A DNA stretch of 64,000 nt from NCBI GenBank assembly GCA_037441845.1, contig JBBIRK010000001.1:32001-96000 (forward strand), read 5' to 3'. Origin of the DNA: Candidatus Zixiibacteriota bacterium (lineage in GTDB: Bacteria > Zixibacteria > MSB-5A5 > UBA10806 > 4484-95). The notes under the pieces were generated by a model. That model ran no database searches. It saw only the letters and a list, made by a program, of their open reading frames with translations, and had not been told where the DNA came from. The first letter of the stretch is position 1; each line of letters begins with the position of its first letter. Both the position numbers and the translations under genes were made by a program. Below are positions 18,172 through 26,076 of the stretch, one piece after another.

Positions 18172-18930
18172 ATGTTGTCGAAGTTGCTTAAATTCATATC
18201 AAGCAGGCGAAAAACCATTCTGCTGACGGCCGCGGTATTTTTCGGTGGATTAATCGTTTTAGTGCTCGCGTTCGACTTGATCATTATGCCGGCGATCGTG
18301 AATCATGGCGATGAGTTGACAATGCCGGACATAAACGGTATCGACAAGACGGTGGCCGCCAAAAAGCTGGAAGCCATGAAGTTGAAATTTCAGATAACCT
18401 CGGAAGAGTTTCATTCGTTTTATCCGAAAGGCTACGTCATCGGTCAGGTGCCCACGGCCGGATCAAAGGTGAAGTCGGGGGCTACGGTGCGGGTGACGAT
18501 ATCGAAAGGGGCACCCTCGGCGGCGGTGCCGCATCTGAAAGGGATCTCATTGCGAGAGGCGAGACTGATGATCGAGAACGCCGGCCTTGCGCTCGGAGAG
18601 ATAGTCTGGTTTGAGGACGTAAGTTTGCCCGACGGCGTGGTTATCGAATCCAATCCTCCGGCCGGAACCCAGTTGCGCCTAAACACGGAAATTCAGTTGG
18701 TGGTAAATCGTCTCGGCGAAATTGCCACGGTTTATGTTCCCGCTCTGGTCGGTCTTGACTATGCCGAGGCCAAGGCGATAATCGAGCGAGGAGGCTTGAT
18801 GCTCGGGGACGTGAAATACAAACGTGATGACCGCATACTTCCGGAGAGCGTGCTGTCGCAATCGATCGCACCCGGCACCGAAGTGCCGCGTTGGACCAAG
18901 ATAGACCTGGTCATATCGAGATCGGAGTAA
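18172..18930 (+). CDS. Membrane-anchored triple PASTA domain protein (no kinase domain)
   Basis: One TM, then three repeats of (M/V)P.(I/L).G....A...(L/I)...L..........V..Q/S.P..G. Confidence 0.88.
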   Translation: MLSKLLKFISSRRKTILLTAAVFFGGLIVLVLAFDLIIMPAIVNHGDELTMPDINGIDKTVAAKKLEAMKLKFQITSEEFHSFYPKGYVIGQVPTAGSKVKSGATVRVTISKGAPSAAVPHLKGISLREARLMIENAGLALGEIVWFEDVSLPDGVVIESNPPAGTQLRLNTEIQLVVNRLGEIATVYVPALVGLDYAEAKAIIERGGLMLGDVKYKRDDRILPESVLSQSIAPGTEVPRWTKIDLVISRSE

Positions 18931-18932
18931 AT

Positions 18933-19610
18933 ATGAACGAATCTCCCGTTAATCCCCGAAAAACACTGGTGGCGCCGTCGTTGCTTTCGGCCGATTTCAC
19001 TCGAATGGCCGAGGAAGTCAAGGCGATCGAACAGGCCGGCGCGGACATGATTCATATCGATATCATGGACGGTCATTACGTGCCCAATATCACATTCGGG
19101 CCGGCGATGGTATCGGCGTTGCGAAAAATAACCAGATTGCCGATGGATGTGCATTTGATGATATCCGATCCCGAGTCGTTTATTCCTCAATTTATCGACG
19201 CCGGGGCCGACCTTCTTACGATTCATATCGAGTCAACGGTACATATACACCGGAATGTTCAGACGATCAAGAACCTGAACGTAAAAGCCGGAATCAGTTT
19301 GAATCCGCACACGCCGTTGGTTTTGGCCACCGAAATAATTCCAATCCTCGACCTTTTGCTTCTCATGAGCGTGAATCCCGGTTTCGGAGGACAGAGATTT
19401 ATCGATCAAACCCTGGCGAAGATCCGCACCGCCCGTCGCTTCATCGATTCCGGCAGATACGATTGTCTGATAGAAGTCGACGGCGGAATCAACCGAGAGA
19501 CGGGAGCGCGATGCGTCGAGGCGGGCGCCGATATCCTGGTCGCCGGTGATTACATTTTCCATTCCGACAATTACGGACGGGCTATAGATTCGTTGAGGCG
19601 ACAAGGCTGA
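18933..19610 (+). CDS. rpe: Ribulose-phosphate 3-epimerase
   Basis: APSLLSADF, HIDIMDGHYVPNITFG, DVHLM, MSVNPGFGGQ, EVDGG. Confidence 0.97.
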   Translation: MNESPVNPRKTLVAPSLLSADFTRMAEEVKAIEQAGADMIHIDIMDGHYVPNITFGPAMVSALRKITRLPMDVHLMISDPESFIPQFIDAGADLLTIHIESTVHIHRNVQTIKNLNVKAGISLNPHTPLVLATEIIPILDLLLLMSVNPGFGGQRFIDQTLAKIRTARRFIDSGRYDCLIEVDGGINRETGARCVEAGADILVAGDYIFHSDNYGRAIDSLRRQG

Positions 19611-19667
19611 TTAAAATCGGTGTCCGACTGATGTGAAAAAAATCGGTGTTAAAAATAGGAGAATAGG

Positions 19668-20795
19668 ATGGAAATAGGAATTCCTAAAGAAACGCGGCAT
19701 CTCGAGAACCGCGTGGCGTTGACGCCCGGAGCGGCACGGGCGCTGGTGAGCGCAGGCCACCAGGTTTATTTCGAAAAAGGCGCCGGCGAGATCTCCGGTT
19801 TTTCGGATCAGGAATATCTGCAGGTCGGAGTTAAGCTGGTATATTCGCTCGAGGAGATATTCTATCGTTCCAAGATGGTGCTTATGGTTTCCCCACCCAC
19901 CACCGAGGAATATCGCTTGATGCAGGAAGATCAAATCGTAATGTCGAGTTTTCACCTGGCGGTGGCCGCCCCCGAAAATATCCGGTTGCTGCTCGAAAAA
20001 AGAGTGACCGCGATCGGGTTCGAGGTTATCGAGGATGACGAGGGGCAATTGCCGATTCTCGTGCCGATGTCGGAGCTTGCCGGACAGATGTGCATAAATA
20101 TCGCATCTTATTATCTGTCCAATCGCGGCGGCGGACGAGGAGTCTTGCTCGGTGGTGCGGCCGGCATTCCTCCGGCTACGGTGGTGGTGCTCGGCGCCGG
20201 CACGCTCGGCTTGAGCGCGGTGCGGACGGCAAAAGGAATGGGCTGCAACGTCATCCTGTTCGATAATGACATACGTAAATTAAGATACGCCAACGAACTG
20301 TATAACAAACAGCTCGTGACTTATCTGCCTTTCGTGCAGAATCTCGAGAAGGCGGTTAAAATAGCCGACGTCGTCGTGGGGGCAATTTTAATACACGGCG
20401 AGAAACCGCCCAAACTAATCACCGAGGAAATGGTAAAGGAGATGAAGCCGCAGTCATTGATTATTGACGCATCGATCGATCAAGGAGGCTGCGTGGAGAC
20501 TTCTCATCCCACCAATTGGGCCAACGCCACTTTCATCAAACACGGGATCACTCATTTTTGCGTACCCAATATGCCGTCGAACATCTCCCGAACAGCCACC
20601 TACGCGATCTCGAACGCCGTGCTTCCCTACGCCTATCAAATCGCCGAGCTGGGGATCGAGGAGGCCATGCGGCGGGATCCCGGCCTGGCGCGCGGCGCCT
20701 ATACGTTCAGGGGATACGCATCCCGACGAGTGGTGGCGTCGAGACTCGGAATCGAATCCAAATCGATCAAAGATATTTTGGGAATGGGACAATGA
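19668..20795 (+). CDS. Alanine dehydrogenase family protein (variant active site)
   Basis: IGIPKE...ENRVALTP, HLA, LP.L.PMSE.AG, GAGTLG, IDQGGC.ETS.PT, CVPNMP. The canonical KVKEP reads MVSPP. Confidence 0.85.
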   Translation: MEIGIPKETRHLENRVALTPGAARALVSAGHQVYFEKGAGEISGFSDQEYLQVGVKLVYSLEEIFYRSKMVLMVSPPTTEEYRLMQEDQIVMSSFHLAVAAPENIRLLLEKRVTAIGFEVIEDDEGQLPILVPMSELAGQMCINIASYYLSNRGGGRGVLLGGAAGIPPATVVVLGAGTLGLSAVRTAKGMGCNVILFDNDIRKLRYANELYNKQLVTYLPFVQNLEKAVKIADVVVGAILIHGEKPPKLITEEMVKEMKPQSLIIDASIDQGGCVETSHPTNWANATFIKHGITHFCVPNMPSNISRTATYAISNAVLPYAYQIAELGIEEAMRRDPGLARGAYTFRGYASRRVVASRLGIESKSIKDILGMGQ

Positions 20796-22093
20796 CGATG
20801 AAGTGGATGGATATTTACAACAGCAAGAGAACAACCGCGGAAGAGGCGGTGAAAGCCATCAAGTCGGGCGATACGGTGCTGATTCACCCCGGCTGCTGCA
20901 CTCCTGAACATCTGGTCGATGCCATGGTGGCCAGAAAAGACGAACTCGAAAACGTCAAAATCGTTCATATACTCACGCAGGGAAAAGCCGCCTATACCAT
21001 GCCCGGAATGGAACCGCACTTCCGGCACCAGTCTTTTTTCACGGGCGCCAATGTCAGACAGGCGGTCAACGAAGGACGGGCCGATCAGACGCATATCTTT
21101 CTGGGAGAAGTGGAAAATCTCTGGATCACCGGCAAGATGACTATAGATGTCGTTTTGATTCAGATATCCCCGCCGGACGAACATGGGTTCTGTTCGTTCG
21201 GAGTAGGAGTCGATATAACCATGTCGGCAGCCCACCATGCCAAGACGGTTATCGCACAGGTGAACAGCCAGATGCCGAGGGTGCACGGCGATTGTTTCAT
21301 TCATGTAAGTAAACTGACCCATCTGGTTGAACATGACGGGCCGCTCATGGAAATGCCGCAGGGGGTCCCCGACGAGATATCGATGAAAATCGGCAAGTTG
21401 ATCGCAGACAATATCGAAGACGGCTCGACTTTGCAGATGGGGATCGGCGCCATCCCGGATGCTTTTCTTTATGCGCTCGAGGGGCGCCGCGATATGGGAA
21501 TCCATACCGAGATGTTCTCCGACGGCGTGATCCATCTGGTGGAAACCGGCGTGATCACCGGATCGAAAAAGACGCTGCATCCTGGGAAAATCGTGGCCGC
21601 ATTCGTGTTGGGCACCAAGAAGGTATTCGATTTTTGCGATGATAACCCCCTGCTTGAGTTTCATCCCTGCCGCTACACCAACGACCCGTTTATAATCGCT
21701 CAGAACGATAAAATGGTTTCAATCAACTCGGCGCTCGGAGTAGATTTGACCGGACAAGTATTCTCGGATTCACTTGGATTCCAATTTTACTCCGGTTTCG
21801 GCGGTCAATTGGATTTCGTGAGAGGTGCTTCCAAATCGAAAGGGGGCAAGCCTTTTATCGGTTTTCCGGCCACGGCCAAAAACGGCCAGGTTTCGCGGAT
21901 ATGTCCGCATATACCTATTGGGACGGGAGTCACCACGACACGCGCCGATGTTCACTGGATAGTGACGGAGTATGGAGCGGTTGACCTTTGGGGCAAATCG
22001 GTGGGAGAGCGCGCGAAATTGTTGATATCGATAGCCGCCCCGCAATTTCGGGAGGAACTCGAACGATTCGCCAAGGAGCATAAATATTTTTGA
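20792..22093 (+). CDS. Acetyl-CoA hydrolase/4-hydroxybutyrate CoA-transferase family (class I CoA transferase)
   Basis: TAEEAV..IKSGD, SPPDEHG.CS.G, TLQMGIG.IPD, GIHTEM (catalytic Glu), GGQ.DFVRGA, VTEYG. ATG overlaps the upstream TGA (alternative start 20798). Confidence 0.92.
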   Translation: MTMKWMDIYNSKRTTAEEAVKAIKSGDTVLIHPGCCTPEHLVDAMVARKDELENVKIVHILTQGKAAYTMPGMEPHFRHQSFFTGANVRQAVNEGRADQTHIFLGEVENLWITGKMTIDVVLIQISPPDEHGFCSFGVGVDITMSAAHHAKTVIAQVNSQMPRVHGDCFIHVSKLTHLVEHDGPLMEMPQGVPDEISMKIGKLIADNIEDGSTLQMGIGAIPDAFLYALEGRRDMGIHTEMFSDGVIHLVETGVITGSKKTLHPGKIVAAFVLGTKKVFDFCDDNPLLEFHPCRYTNDPFIIAQNDKMVSINSALGVDLTGQVFSDSLGFQFYSGFGGQLDFVRGASKSKGGKPFIGFPATAKNGQVSRICPHIPIGTGVTTTRADVHWIVTEYGAVDLWGKSVGERAKLLISIAAPQFREELERFAKEHKYF

Positions 22094-22120
22094 TTCGAAT
22101 GCCGACTGCGGTTGCGATAA

Positions 22121-22149
22121 AACGGGCAATATGGAATCGCATGCCCGTT
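22121..22149 (+). terminator. Possible terminator hairpin
   Basis: AACGGGCA-N13-TGCCCGTT downstream of the CoA transferase. Weak U-tail. Confidence 0.35.
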
Positions 22150-22261
22150 GATTGTCCCGGTGGCAAATTGATCGATCGGACGAATTTACGGCGAAGAAGG
22201 TCGGCAATGCGCTTCGGAATAAAACGTCAATGCAAATAGCCCGCGGTGTCAATGCCGGAAT

Positions 22262-22822
22262 ATGCACGAAAACGAATTTGATCGAGAAAAAGCCTGGCGA
22301 TTGCTTTGCGCCTACACCGCCGGCGAATCTTTGAGAAAACATGCCCGGGCGGTCGAGGCCGCCATGCGTTTCTATGCCTGCCGTTTCGGAGAAAATGCGA
22401 ACAGGTGGGGGAATATCGGCCTGCTTCACGATTTCGATTACGAAAAATATCCGGACAAGCATCCGCAGACGGCGGCGGAAATTTTGGCGAAAGAAGGATA
22501 CGGCATGGATTTTATCGATTGTATTTTATCGCATGTCGATTCTTGCGGGAAGCCGCGCGATAGCGATCTGCGCAAAACGCTTTATGCGGTCGACGAATTG
22601 TGCGGATTTTTGGTGGCCGTGGCCCTGGTAAGACCATCGAAAAAAATCGCCGACGTGGAAACAAAATCGGTGATAAAAAAGATGAAGGATAAGGCTTTCG
22701 CCCGTCAGGTGTCGCGCACCGATATAATACGAGGCGCCGAGGAACTCGGAATTCCGTTGGAGATACATGTCGAAAATGTGCTGAATGCGCTAAAAGGAAT
22801 CGCGCCTGAGCTGGGATTATAA
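22262..22822 (+). CDS. HD/HDIG domain metal-dependent phosphohydrolase
   Basis: SLRKHA.AV, GLLHDFDYE, ILSH, AVDEL.GF..A..L.RP, KDKAFA..V.R. Confidence 0.85.
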   Translation: MHENEFDREKAWRLLCAYTAGESLRKHARAVEAAMRFYACRFGENANRWGNIGLLHDFDYEKYPDKHPQTAAEILAKEGYGMDFIDCILSHVDSCGKPRDSDLRKTLYAVDELCGFLVAVALVRPSKKIADVETKSVIKKMKDKAFARQVSRTDIIRGAEELGIPLEIHVENVLNALKGIAPELGL

Positions 22823-22824
22823 GT

Positions 22825-23508
22825 TTGAAACAACCGAAAACGATCGAAGCTGTTTTTTTCGACATGGACGGCGTGCTCGTCGATTCGATGAAATACCACG
22901 TCGAAGCCTGGGTGAAAGCGTTCAACGAATACGGCTACTATCCCAAGGAACTCCCGTTTTATCTTAATGAAGGCGTAAGGCACGACATAACGGTGAGGGA
23001 CCGGCTTGCGGAGTTGGGGGTTGAAAATCCAAGTGATGATCTAATCAAAAAAATATACTCGAGAAAACGCGAGATTTACGAAAACACGGTCGTGCTTAGA
23101 CCCATGAACGGAATCATCGCGATACTGAATCGATTGAAAGGCAGAGCGATATTGGCGGTCGTAACCGGTGGAGTGCCGTCGGTAGTCAATAAAACTTTAA
23201 GCCTGTTCGAATGCCGATTCGATTTCGTGGTCGATTATGAGAGCACGGAAAAAGGCAAACCGGATCCCGATCCTTACCTTGTCGCCGCGGCAAAATCGGG
23301 CGTGGGGCGCGACCGAATACTGGTGATCGAGAACTCGCCTACCGGGATTGCCTCGGCGGTCGGCGCAGGTCTTACATGCTGGGCCGTTTGCACAACCCTT
23401 CCCGCGGAATATCTGAATCGGGCCGATCGCATTTTCGAAAATTTCAACCGGTTGGAAGAGGCCCTGTTCGATGAGTCGTCTATTCTCTTGGGCAGGGCAA
23501 TCGCTTGA
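22825..23508 (+). CDS. HAD-superfamily phosphatase (beta-PGM/CbbY-like)
   Basis: FDMDGVL.DS, AVVTG, KPDPDPY, IENSP.GI.SA..AG. TTG start. Confidence 0.88.
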   Translation: MKQPKTIEAVFFDMDGVLVDSMKYHVEAWVKAFNEYGYYPKELPFYLNEGVRHDITVRDRLAELGVENPSDDLIKKIYSRKREIYENTVVLRPMNGIIAILNRLKGRAILAVVTGGVPSVVNKTLSLFECRFDFVVDYESTEKGKPDPDPYLVAAAKSGVGRDRILVIENSPTGIASAVGAGLTCWAVCTTLPAEYLNRADRIFENFNRLEEALFDESSILLGRAIA

Positions 23509-23534
23509 CAAAAGCATTATGCCGGATGTAAGGT
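23505..23534 (+). promoter_or_regulatory. Probable promoter for the PdxJ-like gene
   Basis: TTGACA (23505-10), 18 nt, TAAGGT (23529-34), then SD GGAGG at 23543-47. Confidence 0.5.
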
Positions 23535-23552
23535 TTGATTTTGGAGGGAAAC

Positions 23553-24212
23553 ATGGCTAAGATTTCACTTATACTTAACGAAATACTGGAGAGCGCCGGA
23601 GAAACCACATTTGCTGAATCAAGACTGGTCAAGACTGCTCTCTTGTGCGAGCTCGCCGGCGCCGACGGCGTTGTGGTGAAAATCAGGGAAGACGGCTTGG
23701 GCGCGGGAAAAGCGGCCAGGATGCTCAAAGATGTCTTGGACGTGCCGCTGGCCGTGATTGTAGCTTCCGATGATAAGGCGCCGGCCAAGGCTATAGAAAT
23801 CAAACCCGATATGGTGGTGCTGCAATCGCTGACGCCTGAATCATCGGCGGTGGTCACGAAATGCCAGGTGGAAGATATCGTGGTTGGGATAATCATAAGG
23901 CCCGAAATAGACCAAGTTAAGGAGGCCGCCAGGACCAAGGCTGATTATGTGGTGTTCGATACAACCGCCTATTGCAATGCCAAAAGCCTGACCGAGAGAT
24001 TGGCCTATATTGACAATGTGGCAAAGTCGAGCGCTTTGGCTCAGCGGTTATCGATGGGAACGATAGTGAGCGGCAAATTGACGCCGTCGCAATTAGGCAA
24101 ATTTGCCGAAATCGAGAATATAGGGGAATTCTTCTTGGGTAGCCAGGTCGCTTTCGCGGCAATCGGCCAGGGCCTGCAAAAAGCACTTCAGCGCTTCAAA
24201 GAGGTGCTTTAA
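23553..24212 (+). CDS. PdxJ-fold TIM-barrel protein with degenerate active site
   Basis: A...E.AGADG.....RED, KPDMV.L, I.PE..QV..AA..KADYV..DT..Y, A..L.......L, I.E...G.......A...GL..A follow the PdxJ pattern, but the catalytic His/Glu/Arg residues are replaced. Confidence 0.7.
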   Translation: MAKISLILNEILESAGETTFAESRLVKTALLCELAGADGVVVKIREDGLGAGKAARMLKDVLDVPLAVIVASDDKAPAKAIEIKPDMVVLQSLTPESSAVVTKCQVEDIVVGIIIRPEIDQVKEAARTKADYVVFDTTAYCNAKSLTERLAYIDNVAKSSALAQRLSMGTIVSGKLTPSQLGKFAEIENIGEFFLGSQVAFAAIGQGLQKALQRFKEVL

Positions 24213-24304
24213 GACGGATCCCCTAAGAATCTAAGATTATTTTCGTGAATTTTCCCGATATCGATGGAATCGATGAAGCGGAATCACTCTTTTCCGGCTG
24301 AATT

Positions 24305-26029
24305 ATGCGGCGCAAATACTATCTGATATTCGTCCTCTCCACGCTGATTCCGCTATTGACTCTGGCGATTATTTCATTCTTGTTCATTCCGTTGCAGCAA
24401 GACGGCATTGCTCATCGAAAGCTGACCACGGCTTTCAGCGGCTTTTCCAAATTTCTGGATAAGCGGGGGCTCGAGCTTCTCTCGCGAACCGGGGCGATGG
24501 CTTCCTCCAGTCCGTTATATGAACTACTGTTGACTTTTAGTCAAATCGGGTATTTCGATCAGCCTGCTTTCATAGAACATTCGGTGCACCAGCTCTCGAT
24601 GTCAAATCTCGATTACCTGTTGGTCACTGATCCACAAGGCAATGTCATTGCCCAGGGACACGATCCGGGCGGAATAGGCGGTTCGGCGATCGACGATCCT
24701 TTGGTGATAAGAGCGCTGACCGGACAGAAAATATCCTCGACCGGCATCCGCCGAATCAGAGGGCGATGGGAAGCGCTTTTATTGGCTTCGGTGCCGATAA
24801 TGTTCCGCAATAGAATAATAGGGACCCTGACGGCCGGGACGATAATGGATGAAGATTTGCTCGAATCGGCAAAAAGCTTATCCGGCGGTGAGTATATCCT
24901 CGTCGTGGGAGGAACGGCCAAGATAAGCACCGTCGACAAAGAAATGGATCAGCGGATTTTGTTCGTACAGGGCGAGGCCATGCAATCTTTCGAAATAGGC
25001 GGTGTCAAACACAAATTCGCGGCTTTTCCCGTTATCGATTTCGCCGGGGAGAATGTCGCAGACATTATATTGGGGATCAACATCGCCGAAATCGAGGCGA
25101 TATCCGCGAATTTCGCGCGACTGTTTTCGTTGCTTTTCATAGCCGCGGCGGTTCTATCGGTGGTGGTAGTCAAATACTATGCGACAAAAGTCGATCGTCA
25201 GATTGCCATGATCGCCGATGGTTTATCGAGAATCGCCGCAGGCGAGCTGACGGCTACGATTTCGGTGAATCCGAAAGATGAGCTTAGAGACCTATGTCTT
25301 CAGCTTAACGCCACCGCCGCCGAACTGAAAGATAAATTCGAAAACGCCGTCGAATCGGAAAGATGGATCACTTTGGCGCAAGTGGCGGATAAAATCGGCG
25401 TAAGAATTCGTAGAGCAGCGGAGACCCTTCGCGGCCTGGTGAATGAATTGAATCGCAAGACTGCGGAAACGTCGGCAGCAGAATCCGAAACAGCAGCCAA
25501 GGAGGTCCAAAAACTCTCCGCGGAAATCAATTCCCTGGTAAGGCTGGGCGAATCGTTGCTGGAATTCACGAATCTCCCGCCGCCGATACTGGAAAGCGTA
25601 TCATTGGATCGCCTGCAGGATTTGATTCGTGAAAATTATGATGAGGAGATCAAATCCGGAGATCTCAAGATAAATGTAAGGGAATCTGAGGCAATGATTC
25701 AGGCTGATCCTATTCAATTGATGCGTGCGTTCGACTGCCTTATTCAAAACGCTTTCGAGGCTTCCGGCCCGGCTGGACAAGTGGAGATCATTATGGAAAC
25801 GAACAAAGACCGAGCGGTAATCTCCATATCGGATAATGGCCCGGGATTCAGTGAATTGGCCCTGAAGAATCTATTCCGGCCGTTTTTTTCGACCAAACCG
25901 GGAGCCAACGGCCTGGGGCTGATGATGGCCAGAAAAATAATCATGAATCATGACGGAAAAATCGAGGTCGCGAATAATCCCGCAGGCGCAACCGTTAGGC
26001 TTATATTCGATATCACGGAAACTTCTTAA
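24305..26029 (+). CDS. Membrane sensor histidine kinase-like protein (Cache-HAMP-degenerate DHp-HATPase_c) lacking the phospho-His
   Basis: Two TMs flank a Cache-like domain, then HAMP (DEL..L...LN). N/G1/F/G2 boxes intact (IQNAFEA, DNGPG, FRPFFSTK, GLGL). The H-box position reads ADKIGVRIRRAA. Confidence 0.85.
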   Translation: MRRKYYLIFVLSTLIPLLTLAIISFLFIPLQQDGIAHRKLTTAFSGFSKFLDKRGLELLSRTGAMASSSPLYELLLTFSQIGYFDQPAFIEHSVHQLSMSNLDYLLVTDPQGNVIAQGHDPGGIGGSAIDDPLVIRALTGQKISSTGIRRIRGRWEALLLASVPIMFRNRIIGTLTAGTIMDEDLLESAKSLSGGEYILVVGGTAKISTVDKEMDQRILFVQGEAMQSFEIGGVKHKFAAFPVIDFAGENVADIILGINIAEIEAISANFARLFSLLFIAAAVLSVVVVKYYATKVDRQIAMIADGLSRIAAGELTATISVNPKDELRDLCLQLNATAAELKDKFENAVESERWITLAQVADKIGVRIRRAAETLRGLVNELNRKTAETSAAESETAAKEVQKLSAEINSLVRLGESLLEFTNLPPPILESVSLDRLQDLIRENYDEEIKSGDLKINVRESEAMIQADPIQLMRAFDCLIQNAFEASGPAGQVEIIMETNKDRAVISISDNGPGFSELALKNLFRPFFSTKPGANGLGLMMARKIIMNHDGKIEVANNPAGATVRLIFDITETS

Positions 26030-26076
26030 TCCAATAAGCCCGAAACCATCATTCTTGACAGAATCGTGGACATGAT

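Noticed and set aside
20516..20791. Extension of the CoA transferase ORF into the AlaDH-like gene (possible frameshift fusion)
   Set aside because: The extension is Arg-rich off-frame sequence, no slippery site is evident, and an ordinary ATGA coupling explains the junction.
24223..24262. sigma28-like promoter (TAAG...CCGATA) before the pseudokinase
   Set aside because: Spacing is 18 nt rather than about 15, and CCGATA is common in this sequence.
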